64,000 nucleotides of DNA from Vicinamibacterales bacterium (GTDB taxonomy: Bacteria > Acidobacteriota > Vicinamibacteria > Vicinamibacterales > UBA8438). The notes beneath the pieces were generated by a model. That model saw nothing but the letters and a program-made list of their open reading frames with translations, made no database searches and had not been told where the DNA came from. The stretch lies in NCBI GenBank assembly GCA_965200475.1, contig CBDAUL010000009.1, positions 53,893-117,892 on the forward strand, read 5' to 3'. Each line of letters begins with the position of its first letter. Position 1 is the stretch's first letter. Shown here in pieces: positions 10,571-20,842 of this stretch. Position numbers and translations under genes: made by a program.

Positions 10571-10807
10571 ATGCCGTCCCAACCCGCGACGCCGTTTGTT
10601 TATGAGGTGGTCGAGCCCACGACCGCACAGACGACCGTGGTCGACGTGGTCCTGGGCGCCGTGGCTGTCGCCGGTGCCGTGGCCGTCGTCGCCCTGGTGC
10701 TCGGCCTGGCGTTGGCCGGCCTGATGATCGGGATCCGCCGGATGCGCGGAGCCGACGGGCTGACGGGCCGCGACCGCGAGGGCGCCGGCCTGCGCCTCGG
10801 CAGCTAG
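10571..10807 (+). CDS. Small hypothetical membrane protein
   Basis: 78 aa with one Ala/Val/Gly-rich TM segment. The stop abuts the stop of the convergent amidase gene. Coding status uncertain. Confidence 0.4.
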   Translation: MPSQPATPFVYEVVEPTTAQTTVVDVVLGAVAVAGAVAVVALVLGLALAGLMIGIRRMRGADGLTGRDREGAGLRLGS

Positions 10808-12469
10808 TCAGTCCTCCTGCGCCAGCCGCGCAACGGGCTGCAGGCGGTTGCGGTAGCGGAGGATGCCCTCGAAGAGGGCGTCGGCGATGCGATCGCGGTA
10901 GTCGTCGGTCGAGAGCAGGCGCGCCTCGCGGCTGTTCGACAGGAACGAGACCTCCGCCAGGACGCTCGGCATGCGGGCGCCGATGAGGACGATGAACGGC
11001 GCCTGCTTGACACCGAGATCCGGGATGTCCGGGTCGGCCTGCCGCAGCGCGGCCACCATGGCCTGCTGGATGACGCCCGCGAAATCCCGGGATTCGTTCG
11101 CCTTGCTGTTGCTGGCGATCGTTTCGAGCAGATCCCCCAGGTTGTTCATCGTGCCGCCTCCGGCCACGTTCTCCCGCGCAGCGATGCGCTCGGCGTTCGG
11201 ATCGGGCGCGAAGTTCAGGAAGTAGGTCTCGATGCCCCGCGCGTGGCTCTTGTGGCTGGCGTTGGCGTGAATCGAGAGAAACAGGTCGGCCTGCACGCGG
11301 TTCGCCAGGGCCGTGCGCTCGCGCAGCGGAATGTACGTGTTGTCGCGGCGGGTCAGAACGACCTCGATTCCCGGCTGCGTCAGGAGCCGCCGCTCGAGGC
11401 GGTGCGCGATGTCGAGCACGACCTCGGACTCGCGCAGCCCGTGCCCTCGCGCGCCGGGATCGTGCCCGCCGTGGCCGGGATCGATGACGATGCGCGAAAC
11501 CTGCAGTCCCAGTTGGCGGGCCAGCGAGAAGGCGCCCGTCTCGCCCGGCAGCGGCGTCGGCCACGCGGACTCGGGGTCGGCGGCGGTCGCGGCCGCGGCG
11601 CGCGCCGGCGCCGGCGCGGCCGCGGAGCGATCTTCCCGCAACGCCCCGGCCACGCCATGGAGTGGCGAGCGCGGGGCCTGCATCAGCCCGGCCAGCGCCG
11701 GCTGCAGCGGGACGGCAGGAACGGCGCGGCGGAACTCCGGACGCCGGCAGTCGACGACCACGCGATAGGGCTCGTACACCGTGAAGATGCTGCAGGCGTC
11801 CGCGTCCGCCGTGTCGATCACCACCCGGGTGGTGCGGTTCGGATGACGGCCAAGCCTGATCCCGTGCACGCCGCGGTGACCGTCGTCGAAGGTCAGGGTG
11901 GCGTCGCGGAGCCCGGCGAGGGCGTCCGTGTGGGGAAAGTCGAAGAACAGGCGGTCCGGGTCCGCAAGCCGCTCCGATTGGAACGGCACGTCGCGATCGA
12001 GACGAATCAGCACCCGCACCACGTCGTCCCAGACCTCGCGGTCGATCGCGGTCAGTCGCGCGAAACGGGTCAGCGCCTCCAGTTGGCTGCGCCGCTCGGT
12101 CACGCGCGCGGCGAACGGACTGCCGTGATGGAAGCGCGCGAGCCGGCGCAGCAGCCGGATCCCGACCTCGAGGTCGAGGTCGTCGCGGTACCGGTCGTAG
12201 GCCTCGACCGCGAGGCCCGCGGCCTGCCAGAGGGCACGATCTTCATAATCGCTCGCCGGAAAGGCGACCACAATCGATTCGTACGCCGCGATGAGGTCCC
12301 GGAATTCGCCTGCCGCCGGCCTGGCGCCGGGTTGGCGCAGGTCTCGCTCCCGGGCGAGCGCGTCCTGGTAGCGCTCGGCCGGCGATTGGCCGGCTGCCTG
12401 CGACGGCGACATCAGCCAGACACCGGCGACTGCGGCGATCACGGTCAGCGACAGGCACGATCTGGTCAT
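10808..12469 (-). CDS. N-acetylmuramoyl-L-alanine amidase (AmiC-like, AMIN + Amidase_3)
   Basis: 553 aa. Signal peptide, AMIN-like middle region, and IVIDPGHGGHDPGA and LSIHANAS motifs. Confidence 0.9.
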   Translation of the reverse strand: MTRSCLSLTVIAAVAGVWLMSPSQAAGQSPAERYQDALARERDLRQPGARPAAGEFRDLIAAYESIVVAFPASDYEDRALWQAAGLAVEAYDRYRDDLDLEVGIRLLRRLARFHHGSPFAARVTERRSQLEALTRFARLTAIDREVWDDVVRVLIRLDRDVPFQSERLADPDRLFFDFPHTDALAGLRDATLTFDDGHRGVHGIRLGRHPNRTTRVVIDTADADACSIFTVYEPYRVVVDCRRPEFRRAVPAVPLQPALAGLMQAPRSPLHGVAGALREDRSAAAPAPARAAAATAADPESAWPTPLPGETGAFSLARQLGLQVSRIVIDPGHGGHDPGARGHGLRESEVVLDIAHRLERRLLTQPGIEVVLTRRDNTYIPLRERTALANRVQADLFLSIHANASHKSHARGIETYFLNFAPDPNAERIAARENVAGGGTMNNLGDLLETIASNSKANESRDFAGVIQQAMVAALRQADPDIPDLGVKQAPFIVLIGARMPSVLAEVSFLSNSREARLLSTDDYRDRIADALFEGILRYRNRLQPVARLAQED

Positions 12470-12539
12470 GGAGGCGGCCGCGGCGCTCCTGGCGCCGCGT
12501 GAGATCTATCGACCGACGACGGCCCGAACCTTACCCGCC

Positions 12540-12570
12540 AGCCCGGCAATCGTCGCCTTCGGCCTACTAG
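12540..12570 (+). repeat. Family B repeat, truncated copy B4
   Basis: AGCCCGGCAATCGTCGCCTTCGGCC matches the 5' module of B2/B3 and ends in CTACTAG, which contains the ftsK stop codon. Confidence 0.6.
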
Positions 12571-14861
12571 CGGGGCTGCAGGTCGACTTCCTCGAAGTAG
12601 TCCTGCTTGACCAGCACCTCGCGCGCCTTGCCGGATGCGGCCGCCGAGACGAGCCCGTCGGCCTCCATCATGTCGACGAGCCGCGCGGCGCGGCTGAAGC
12701 CGATGCGCAGGCGGCGCTGCAGGTAGGAAATCGACGCCTGTCCGCTCGATACCACGATGCGCGCGGCCTGGTCGTACAGGTCGTCGCGATCGAAATCGGG
12801 GGTGCCGGCCGGCTGCTCCTCCTCGGTGATGGTGTCGTCGTAGCCCGGCTTGCCCTGCTTGCGCAGGAAGCTGGCCAACCGCGCGGTCTCCTGTTCCGAG
12901 ATGTACGGACCGTGGAGTCGCACGGTGCGGGAGGACGAAGGCGGCGCGTACAGCATGTCGCCCTTGCCGAGCAACTGCTCCGCGCCGTTCGTGTCGAGGA
13001 TGGTCCGGGAGTCGACCTTCGACGAAACACGGAACGCGATCCGGGACGGAAAGTTGGCCTTGATCAACCCGGTGATGACATCGACCGACGGGCGCTGGGT
13101 GCAGAGGATCAGGTGAATGCCCACGGCGCGCGCCATTTGCGCCAGACGGGCGATCGACTCCTCGACGTCGTTGCCGGCCACCATCATGAGATCCGCCAGC
13201 TCGTCGATGGCGACGACGATGAACGGCAACGGCTTCAGCTCCTCCTCGCCGTCGGACGCGGCCTGGTTCCCGGACTCGCGCAGCCGGGCGGCGATGTTGC
13301 GGTTGTACTGCTCGATGTTGCGCACCCCCTCCGTGGCGAGCTGCTTGTAGCGGCTCTCCATCTCCCGCACCGCCCAGCGCAGCGCGTTGGCGGCCCGCTT
13401 CGGCTCGACGACGACCGGGGTGAGCAGATGCGGGATCTCCTCGTACATCCCGAGCTCGAGGCGCTTGGGATCGATGAGGATGAGACGGACGTCGTCCGGG
13501 GTGGACCGATACAGGACGCTGGTGAGTATCACGTTGAGGGCGACCGACTTGCCGGTCCCCGTCGAGCCTGCTATCAGCAGGTGCGGCATGCGGGTGAGAT
13601 CGGTCACGACCGGTTCGCCGTGGATCGACTTGCCCAGGGCCAGCGTCAGCTTCGACGCCGAGTTCTGGTACGCGTCCGACTCCAGCATCTCCCGGATCGA
13701 AATCTCGTCGCGGACCTGATTCGGGATCTGTATGCCGACGGTCGATTTTCCCGGAATCCGCTCGATCAGCACCGACTCGGCCTGCATCGCGAGGCTGAGA
13801 TCGTCGGCGAGCCGGGTCACCTTGCTGTACTTGACGCCCGCATCGGGCTTGAACTCGAACGTCGTGACCACCGGACCGGGGTGGCACTGCGAAACCGAAC
13901 CCGCGACGGAGAACTCGCGGCACTTCTCCTCGAGCAGGGCGGCGTTGTCCATGAGCACGCGCTCGTCGAACTTCTGGACGGCCTTCGGGGAGTCGAGCAG
14001 GGCCAGGGGCGGGTGGAGGAACGAACCGTTGCGCTGCTCCGTGGACGTCTTGAGCGGCAGATCCTCCAGGGGCAGCATGGGCGTCATGCCTGCCAGGTCC
14101 TCGGTCTCTTCCTCCTCGGGCGGGGCGGGCGGCGGCTCCGCCTTCTCCGGGCGCGCCGCGCGCGCCGGCGGCTGGCTCTTGGCCAGCACCTCGGCGCGTG
14201 CGGTCGACGCGCCGGCCTTCTCGAGGTGCTTGCGCACGACGTCCTGCCGCTGCCGGTCGCGCCGGCGCTTCGCCCACCACTGCCGCACGGCGCCACGCGC
14301 ATGCCCCAGACCCCGGCCAAGGGCGCGCGCGGCCTGGATGAACAGGCGGCCGAAGGAGAACTGCGTCACCAGGATCAGGGCCAGCGACAACAGCGCCAGC
14401 AGGACGATGATGGAACCGGCGCGGTTCAGGTAGGGGGCGAGCAGCCCGGTCAGGCTTTCGCCGACGTACCCGCCGGCCCGCACCGTCTTGCCCAGCACGT
14501 CGACCGTGCCGAACGCGAGGCTCAGCAGCGTCGCGCTGCATCCGAACAGCAGGATGGAACCGACGAGCTTCGTGTAGGCCGCGTCGATCTGCAGGCACCA
14601 GAAGTAGTACCAGCCGGCGACGACCAGCACCGCCGGCACGAGGTACGACGCCAGCCCGAAGACCTGGTACGAGACCTCCGCCAGGAAGGCGCCGGACAGG
14701 CCGGCGAGATTCATCGGCGGCAGCTCGCCGCCGGCGTTGAAGAACCAGACCGCGTCCGTCGGGTCGTAGGTCACCAGGGCGATGAGCCAGACCGACGCCA
14801 TCGCGAAGAACACGACTCCGAGGAACTCGCTTATCAGATGTGGCAGCGCGGCTCGAGGCAC
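12567..14861 (-). CDS. ftsK: DNA translocase FtsK
   Basis: 764 aa. N-terminal TM helices, Walker A GSTGTGKS, Walker B IDELADLM, C-terminal gamma domain ISYLQRRLRIGFSRAARLVD. Confidence 0.95.
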   Translation of the reverse strand: MPRAALPHLISEFLGVVFFAMASVWLIALVTYDPTDAVWFFNAGGELPPMNLAGLSGAFLAEVSYQVFGLASYLVPAVLVVAGWYYFWCLQIDAAYTKLVGSILLFGCSATLLSLAFGTVDVLGKTVRAGGYVGESLTGLLAPYLNRAGSIIVLLALLSLALILVTQFSFGRLFIQAARALGRGLGHARGAVRQWWAKRRRDRQRQDVVRKHLEKAGASTARAEVLAKSQPPARAARPEKAEPPPAPPEEEETEDLAGMTPMLPLEDLPLKTSTEQRNGSFLHPPLALLDSPKAVQKFDERVLMDNAALLEEKCREFSVAGSVSQCHPGPVVTTFEFKPDAGVKYSKVTRLADDLSLAMQAESVLIERIPGKSTVGIQIPNQVRDEISIREMLESDAYQNSASKLTLALGKSIHGEPVVTDLTRMPHLLIAGSTGTGKSVALNVILTSVLYRSTPDDVRLILIDPKRLELGMYEEIPHLLTPVVVEPKRAANALRWAVREMESRYKQLATEGVRNIEQYNRNIAARLRESGNQAASDGEEELKPLPFIVVAIDELADLMMVAGNDVEESIARLAQMARAVGIHLILCTQRPSVDVITGLIKANFPSRIAFRVSSKVDSRTILDTNGAEQLLGKGDMLYAPPSSSRTVRLHGPYISEQETARLASFLRKQGKPGYDDTITEEEQPAGTPDFDRDDLYDQAARIVVSSGQASISYLQRRLRIGFSRAARLVDMMEADGLVSAAASGKAREVLVKQDYFEEVDLQPR

Positions 14862-14862
14862 G

Positions 14863-16545
14863 TCAGGTCTCCAGTATCACGGGCAAGACGAGCGGGCGGC
14901 GACCCGTCCGCTTGCGAAGGAAGCGTTGCAGCTCGACCCGGATCCGCTCCCGGACGAAGCACTGGTCGGTGCGCTCCTCGATGCTCTCGGCAGCGAGGAC
15001 TCCGCGGACGAACCCGGGCACCTCTTCGAGAGCGGCCTCGGTCCGGTCGTCGACGACGAAGCCGCGGGTGGTCACGGTCGGCTCGGCCTCGACCAGGCCG
15101 TCGCGCGGATTGATGGCGATGACCAGCACGACCACGCCGTCGCCGGCGAGATGGCGCCGGTCGCGCAGCACCTCGTCCGCAACCTCGCCCGCCCGCGTGC
15201 CGTCGATCAGCACGTGGCCGGCCGGCACGGTGTCGGCGATCCATCCGCCCTCCGCGTCGAAGCCGATACGGCTACCGTTCTCCACCAGCAGCACCGCGGC
15301 GCGACCGTTCGTGACCTGGTCGGCGACCTGCGCGTGACGGGCCAGGTAGCGATACTCGCCGTGAATCGGCACGAAGTAGCGTGGGCTGACCAGCGAGAGC
15401 ATCAGCTTGAGCTCCTCCTCGCTGGCGTGTCCGGAGACATGCACCGCCTTCACGCCCGGATCGACGCACCCGGCGCCCCGCCGCGCGATGTGATCCTGGA
15501 GCCGCCCGATCGCGCGCTGGTTGCCGGGAATGGCGCGGGCCGAGAAGACCACGACGTCGCCGCGCGCCAGCTTGACGTGGCGGTGGGCGTCGACGGCAAT
15601 GCGCGAAAGCGCCGCGAAGGGCTCGCCCTGCGAGCCGGTGACGATGCACAGCACCTGCTCGGGCGCGTACTGCTCGACGTCGCGGTCCCGGATCTGGACG
15701 CCGGCCGGGATGTCGAGATAGCCGAGCCGCTGCGCGGCCGCCGCGTTCTGCTGCACGCCGCGGCCGACGAGCGCCACCTTGCGATTGAACCGCACCGCGA
15801 GGTCGATCAGGATCTGCACTCGATGGAGACTCGAGGAGAACGGCGCGACGACGAGCTTCCCGCGGGTGCCGGCGAAGATCTCCTCGAAGGCGGCGATGAC
15901 GTCGCGTTCGGATCCGGAATGTCCCTTGCGGGCGATGTTCGTGCTGTCGGCGAACAGGGCCAGCACGCCCTCCGCGCCCAGTTGCGCAAGGCGGCGGGTG
16001 TCGGCGGACTCGCCGTCGACGGGCGTCTGATCGAACTTGAAATCGCCGGTGTGCACGATGGTTCCGGCCGGGGTGTGGACCGCGATCGCGACGCAGTCCG
16101 GCATGCTGTGCGTGACGCGGATGAACTCGACTTCCAGGCTCCCGATGGCGACCCGCTCCCGCGGCGCGACCGCCACGAGCCGATCCGCCGTATCGATCGC
16201 GTGCGCTTCGAGCTTGGGCTCGAGCAGCGCGAGCGTCAACGGGGTGCCGTACACCGGGCCGTCCAGCAGGTGCCACACGTACGGTACGGCGCCGATGTGG
16301 TCCTCGTGGCCGTGCGTCAGGACGAGGGCCGACAGGCGGCGTTCCGACTGCTGCAGGAACGTCAGGTCGGGAACGATCAGGTCCACGCCCAGGTGCTCCG
16401 GCCCCGGCAGCATGGCGCCCGCGTCGAGCAGCAGCGTCGTGCTCGCGGAGGCGACGGCCATCATGTTCATGCCGAACTCGCCGACGCCGCCGAGCGGGAC
16501 GACCTCGAGCAGCGGCTCTCGTTCCGATGGCGTTGACGAAGACAC
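14863..16545 (-). CDS. rnj: Ribonuclease J
   Basis: 560 aa. Metallo-beta-lactamase/beta-CASP fold, LTHGHEDHIGAVPY. GTG start. Confidence 0.92.
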   Translation of the reverse strand: MSSSTPSEREPLLEVVPLGGVGEFGMNMMAVASASTTLLLDAGAMLPGPEHLGVDLIVPDLTFLQQSERRLSALVLTHGHEDHIGAVPYVWHLLDGPVYGTPLTLALLEPKLEAHAIDTADRLVAVAPRERVAIGSLEVEFIRVTHSMPDCVAIAVHTPAGTIVHTGDFKFDQTPVDGESADTRRLAQLGAEGVLALFADSTNIARKGHSGSERDVIAAFEEIFAGTRGKLVVAPFSSSLHRVQILIDLAVRFNRKVALVGRGVQQNAAAAQRLGYLDIPAGVQIRDRDVEQYAPEQVLCIVTGSQGEPFAALSRIAVDAHRHVKLARGDVVVFSARAIPGNQRAIGRLQDHIARRGAGCVDPGVKAVHVSGHASEEELKLMLSLVSPRYFVPIHGEYRYLARHAQVADQVTNGRAAVLLVENGSRIGFDAEGGWIADTVPAGHVLIDGTRAGEVADEVLRDRRHLAGDGVVVLVIAINPRDGLVEAEPTVTTRGFVVDDRTEAALEEVPGFVRGVLAAESIEERTDQCFVRERIRVELQRFLRKRTGRRPLVLPVILET

Positions 16546-16572
16546 TCTTGCGTCGGATGCGCGCCGTATTGC

Positions 16573-16640
16573 CCCCGGACGGGCGTCCGGGGTTCTGCAG
16601 GCCGCTGGGATCGCCTGCGCGGGAAGGAAGGTGAATTATA
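16573..16640 (-). promoter_or_regulatory. Candidate rnj promoter (-10 TATAAT at 16635-16640 on the minus strand) and leader hairpin (16573-16592)
   Basis: The minus strand reads GTGATATAATTCACC. An 8-bp stem CCCCGGAC-gggc-GTCCGGGG lies between it and the rnj GTG. The hairpin could equally be the rsmA terminator. Confidence 0.3.
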
Positions 16641-16649
16641 TCACGGCTG

Positions 16650-17450
16650 TCAGCGGGGTGCGGCCAGAGCCTCCGACAGTTCAGCGAGTTCCGACAGCTC
16701 GAGCTGTTCCGGACGCCGCTGCGGGTCGACGCCCGCGCGGGCCAGCAGCTCGGCTGCCGGCACGGTGGTGTGCCGCGCAGCGAACGCCCGCAGGGCGTTG
16801 AGGGCCGTCTTGCGCCGCCGGCTGAAGAGGGCGCGGACCAGCGCGTCGAACAGGGTCGGATCGCGAAGGCGCACCGGCGCCGCCCGCAGCCTCAGTTGCA
16901 CGACCGCGGAGCGCACGCGCGGCATCGGACGGAACGCGCCCGGCGGCAGCGTCATCAGGCGCCGCGGCGTGGCGTGCAGGCGCGTCGCGATGCCCAGCGG
17001 TCCCCAGTCGCGTGACCCGGGCATGGCCGTGACGCGGTCGGCCACCTCACGCTGGAGCATCAGTGTCGCGTCGCTCAGGCTGGCGCCGTGCGCGCCGCAA
17101 CGAAGCAGCTTCAACAGGATTCTCGATGACACGTTGTAGGGCAGATTGCCGACCGCGCGTGCCGGGCGCGCCAGCGTCAGCCCGCCGACGTCGAGGTCGA
17201 GGAAGTCGGCCCTGACGACGGTCACGGCGCCCGGTGCGCGCGCGGCCAGATCGCAGGCGAGCCGCGGATCGATCTCGACCGCGGTGACCGAGGCGCCCCG
17301 CTCGGCCAGGGCCAGCGTCAGGACGCCCAGGCCCGCGCCGACTTCGAGGAACGTCTGGCCGCGGGCCGGGCGAATCGCCGTGACCACCTTCTCGACCCAC
17401 GCCGGCTCGAGGAAGTGCTGCCCGAGACGGCGTTTCGGGCGCGGCCTCAT
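16650..17450 (-). CDS. rsmA: 16S rRNA (adenine1518/1519-N6)-dimethyltransferase
   Basis: 266 aa from ATG 17450. MRPRPKRRLGQHFL, SAM motif EVGAGLGVLT. Confidence 0.9.
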   Translation of the reverse strand: MRPRPKRRLGQHFLEPAWVEKVVTAIRPARGQTFLEVGAGLGVLTLALAERGASVTAVEIDPRLACDLAARAPGAVTVVRADFLDLDVGGLTLARPARAVGNLPYNVSSRILLKLLRCGAHGASLSDATLMLQREVADRVTAMPGSRDWGPLGIATRLHATPRRLMTLPPGAFRPMPRVRSAVVQLRLRAAPVRLRDPTLFDALVRALFSRRRKTALNALRAFAARHTTVPAAELLARAGVDPQRRPEQLELSELAELSEALAAPR

Positions 17451-18169
17451 CCTTGCGTCCCGCGCCCGCGCCCGCGCCCGCGGCCGTGCGGCGTCCCGGC
17501 CGCCGCGCCGGTTGCAGCCGCCCGGAAATCGCAGTGCGCCGACGCGGCGCAGCGGTCGCAGAGCGGGCGCGGCTTGCAGATGCGCCGGCCGTGCAGGATC
17601 AGGGTGTCGGAGGCGCTGGTCCAGCGCGCCGGCGGCAGCGCGCCGCCCAACTGCGCCTCGACGCGCACGGCATCGTCGCCCCTGGCGATGCCCAGCCGAT
17701 TGGCCACCCGCAGCACATGCCGGTCGACCGGCAGGCCGGGCACACCCAGCGCGTGCCCCAGCACCACGTTGGCGGTCTTCCGGCCCACGCCCGGCAGCTC
17801 GACCAGCTCGTCGATGCTCGCGGGGACCCGGCCGCCGTGGCGCTCGGCGACGGCGCGGGCCATGCCCGCCAACGACCGCGACTTGGAGCGGAAGAAGCCG
17901 GTCGACCGGATCTGCGGCTCCAGCTCCTCCGGCTCGGCCGCCGCGAGCGCGGCCACGTCCGGGTAGCGTGCGAACAGCGCCGGCGTCACCTGGTTCACGC
18001 GCTCGTCCGTGCACTGGGCGGAGAGAATGGTGGCAACCAGCAGCTCGTAGGCGTTCCGATACCGCAGCTCGGTGGTGGCTCCCGGGTGCTGGCCCGACAG
18101 CAGGTCCAGAATCCTTGCCACGGCCGCGGCGGGACGCGGGGGGCGCGCCGGGTGCTTGCGTGCAGCCAA
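17447..18169 (-). CDS. nth: Endonuclease III
   Basis: 240 aa. HhH LPGVGRKTANVVL and a C-terminal four-Cys cluster CKPRPLCDRCAASAHC. ATGA overlap with rsmA. Confidence 0.92.
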   Translation of the reverse strand: MAARKHPARPPRPAAAVARILDLLSGQHPGATTELRYRNAYELLVATILSAQCTDERVNQVTPALFARYPDVAALAAAEPEELEPQIRSTGFFRSKSRSLAGMARAVAERHGGRVPASIDELVELPGVGRKTANVVLGHALGVPGLPVDRHVLRVANRLGIARGDDAVRVEAQLGGALPPARWTSASDTLILHGRRICKPRPLCDRCAASAHCDFRAAATGAAAGTPHGRGRGRGRGTQG

Positions 18170-18183
18170 CGCCAGCGTGCCGG

Positions 18184-18498
18184 CTAGTGAACCGGCTCCG
18201 GCGGCGGACCGATCTTGAGCGTGCCCTCGCCGAACGATCGCATGTGCTCCTGGAGCGCGGTGATCAGATTCGGGACGAACTGGATGGGCACCACGATGCG
18301 GGCTCGCACCGGCGCGCGGAGCACCCGTTGGGTCTCGGCTTCCCGGACCTGCTGCTCGGACGGCGGCAGCACCTCGCAGAACGTCAGCGTGAAGTCGAAC
18401 GGCGTATGCGAGATGGCGCAGAAATTGGCGTACGTCCGGGGCGAGTCGCTCGTCTCGTCCGGCACGATCGTGAAATTGACCTGTTTTCGCTCGCTCAT
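18184..18498 (-). CDS. DUF3467-like small protein
   Basis: 104 aa. YANFCAISHTPFDFTLTF resembles the DUF3467 family. Sits between lexA and nth with 24- and 14-nt gaps. Confidence 0.65.
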   Translation of the reverse strand: MSERKQVNFTIVPDETSDSPRTYANFCAISHTPFDFTLTFCEVLPPSEQQVREAETQRVLRAPVRARIVVPIQFVPNLITALQEHMRSFGEGTLKIGPPPEPVH

Positions 18499-18522
18499 TG
18501 CTCTCCTCGGTCGGGAACTCCC

Positions 18523-19140
18523 TCAGTAGCGCCGCAGCACGCCCACCACCACGCCCTGGATCTGCACCTGGTCGGCGTCGACCACCAGCGGCTCGACCCC
18601 GGGGTTGGCCGGCTGCAGGCGGATCCGCCGGCCGACCAGATAGAACTTCTTGAGCGTGACCTCGGTGCCGTTCAGCAGCGCGATCACCATCTCGCCGTTG
18701 CGGGCGGTCTTGCGGTCTTCGACGATGACGATGTCACCGTCGCGGATCTGCTCGTCGATCATGGAGTCGCCGCGCACGCGCAGCGCGTAGGCGTCACGCT
18801 GGCCGACGAGGTCCTCGGGCACGCCGACGGCTTCCGAGCTGACGACCGCCTCGATGGGAACGCCCGCCGCCACGGTACCGAGCAGGGGCAGGTCGAGCGC
18901 ACGCGCGCCGACGCGGGTGGGGACCAGCTCGACGGACCGGCTGCGGTTCCAGGCCCGTCGAATGAACCCCTTCTCCTGCAGGTTGGTCAGATGCTTGTGC
19001 ACCGTCGCCAGCGAGGACAGCCCGAACCGCCGCCCGATCTCCTCGAGACTCGGGGCATAGCCGTGCTGCTCGATGAACTCGTTCAGGAAATCCAGGATCT
19101 CCCGCTGGCGCCTGGTGAGCGGCTGGCCATGCGGATGCAC
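18523..19140 (-). CDS. lexA: LexA repressor
   Basis: 205 aa from GTG 19140. LTRRQREILDFLNEF wHTH, cleavage site VAAG, RGDSM Ser and a downstream Lys. The TTG at 19161 listed in the ORF track lies upstream of the predicted -10 and inside the operator. Confidence 0.93.
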   Translation of the reverse strand: MHPHGQPLTRRQREILDFLNEFIEQHGYAPSLEEIGRRFGLSSLATVHKHLTNLQEKGFIRRAWNRSRSVELVPTRVGARALDLPLLGTVAAGVPIEAVVSSEAVGVPEDLVGQRDAYALRVRGDSMIDEQIRDGDIVIVEDRKTARNGEMVIALLNGTEVTLKKFYLVGRRIRLQPANPGVEPLVVDADQVQIQGVVVGVLRRY

Positions 19141-19146
19141 GCGGCA

Positions 19147-19175
19147 ACTATATGCAAACAAAAGGCGAACATCAA
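19147..19175 (-). promoter_or_regulatory. lexA promoter with an embedded LexA box of the GTTC-N7-GTTC class
   Basis: The minus strand reads TTGATG(-35, 19170-19175)-N17-TATAGT(-10, 19147-19152)-tgccgc-GTG. The direct repeat GTTCgccttttGTTT (19156-19170) fills the spacer. Confidence 0.6.
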
Positions 19176-19205
19176 GACCGCGGCGGCCGATGGTAGCATC
19201 GGGTC

Positions 19206-20189
19206 GTGCGGCTCCCGGTACGACTGGGTCCGGCGGGCGACAAGCCGTTCGACGCGGTCGGGATGGGTCTGAACACGACCGATCTGCTGGCGGTGGTCGC
19301 CGGGCATCCGGCGCCGGGCGCCAAGGTTCCCATCCTGGAGCTCGCCTCGCGCCCCGGCGGGCAGGCCGCGTCCGCCATGACCGCCGTGAGCCGGCTCGGC
19401 TGGGCGGCCCGCTACGTCGGCCGCTTCGGCGACGACGAGAACGGCCGGGCGGGGCAGGCCAGCCTGACGGCGGAGGGCGTCGACATCTCGGCCTGCGAGA
19501 TCATGCCTGGCGCGACGAACGCGCTCTCCGTGGTCGTCGTCGACCAGCGCTCCGGCCAGCGCACCGTCCTCTGGTCGCGGCACCCGGCTCTGGCGCTCGA
19601 TCCGGCGCACGTGCCGGTGGAAGCCGTGCAGTCGGGCCGCGTGCTGCTGGTCGACTGCCACGAGACGGCCGCCGCGACGGCCGCGGCGCGCCACGCGCGG
19701 GCGGCCGGCGCGGCCACGGTCGTGGACGTGGAGCACGTCCGGCCCGGCGTCGAGACGCTGCTGGCGGAGATCGACGTGATCATCACCGCGCAGGAGTTTC
19801 CGACCGCGCTGACGGGGCAGGCCGACCTGGGCCGGGCCCTGCGGGTTCTGCGCTCGTCGTTCGCGGCAGGGATTGTCTGCACTACGCTCGGCGCCGACGG
19901 CAGCCTCGCCCTGGTCGGCGGAACCGAGATCCGGACCCCGGGGTTCGGCGTGGACGTGGTGGACACGACGGGCGCCGGCGACGTGTTCCGCGGCGGCTTC
20001 ATCGCGGGCTGGCTGCGCGGCGGCCCGGACGCCGACGTCGAGGACGTGCTCCGCTACGCGAACGCGGCGGCCGCGCTGAAGTGCCGGGCGCTCGGGGCCC
20101 GCGCCGGGATCCCGACGCGGGCCGAGGTCGAGGGGCTGCTGGGGGGAGAGACCCCGCGCCGCGTCGAGACGGGCGAGGCGCGCGGCTGA
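19206..20189 (+). CDS. PfkB-family carbohydrate/nucleoside kinase
   Basis: 327 aa. Signature DTTGAGDVFRGGF. GTG start. Divergent from lexA. Confidence 0.85.
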   Translation: MRLPVRLGPAGDKPFDAVGMGLNTTDLLAVVAGHPAPGAKVPILELASRPGGQAASAMTAVSRLGWAARYVGRFGDDENGRAGQASLTAEGVDISACEIMPGATNALSVVVVDQRSGQRTVLWSRHPALALDPAHVPVEAVQSGRVLLVDCHETAAATAAARHARAAGAATVVDVEHVRPGVETLLAEIDVIITAQEFPTALTGQADLGRALRVLRSSFAAGIVCTTLGADGSLALVGGTEIRTPGFGVDVVDTTGAGDVFRGGFIAGWLRGGPDADVEDVLRYANAAAALKCRALGARAGIPTRAEVEGLLGGETPRRVETGEARG

Positions 20190-20252
20190 CGGGCCCCGCC
20201 GCGGCGCTCGCCGGGCGACAGTTTCGCCGCGCCCTGCTAGACTCGCTCTACC

Positions 20253-20842
20253 GTGTGTCGACCGGTAGTGATGCTGTTGCTCGTTGCGGGTCTGGCGCCC
20301 GCCGCGGTGCAGCACACCGGCGCACCGACGGTCGAGGACGGGCAGCGCCTGGCCGCCAGGCTGGCCCGCATCATCGACCGCGGCAGCCGCGATTCGGACC
20401 GGCGCCAGACGGTCGTCCTGCCCGAGCGGGAGGTCAACGCCTACCTCCGCTTCCAGGCGGCATCGCAGCTCCCGCCGGGCGTGACCGAGCCGCACATCAC
20501 CATGACGGGCGGCGGCCGCGTGGAGGCGCGCGCCCGGATCGACCTCGACGCGGTGGCCGCGGGGCGGGAGCGGGGCGTGCTCGATCCGCTGAGCTACCTG
20601 CGGGGAAACCTGCCGGTGGCCGCCAGCGGCGTCCTCGAGGCCAGCGGCGGCAGCGGGCGGATCGAGGTCGAGTCGGTGCGGATCGCCGACCTGCCGGTCC
20701 CGCTGCTCCTGCTGGACCTGCTGGTCCGCTTTCACACGCGCAGCGAGGCGTTCCCGCTGGGCTTCGACCTGGCCGAGCCCTTCGAGCTGCCGTACCGCAT
20801 TCGCGAGATACGCGTCGCTGCCGGCGAGGCGGTCGTTGTGCA

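Noticed and set aside
8382-11564. Very long ORFs antisense or out of frame to recognisable genes. Examples: 1569-3530 (-), 3260-5224 (-), 8382-11564 (-, 1060 aa), 12468-15113 (+), 17146-19272 (+), 20732-23278 (-), 37786-40335 (-), 59194-61446 (-).
   Set aside because: Their translations are monotonous Arg/Ala/Pro/Gly-rich strings with no motifs. Another frame at the same place carries unmistakable family signatures. Long spurious ORFs are expected in very GC-rich DNA because stop codons are AT-rich.
16650-18014. Upstream extensions of several ORF-track entries: rsmA to 18014, tyrA to 6375, the glcD-like gene to 24623, coaD to 23362, hemH to 39683, surE to 39610, and the serine hydrolase to 43503.
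   Set aside because: The extensions overlap the preceding gene or a repeat element, are compositionally off-frame-like, and lack family similarity. Internal ATG/GTG starts coincide with the start of homology and often with an SD or a coupling overlap.
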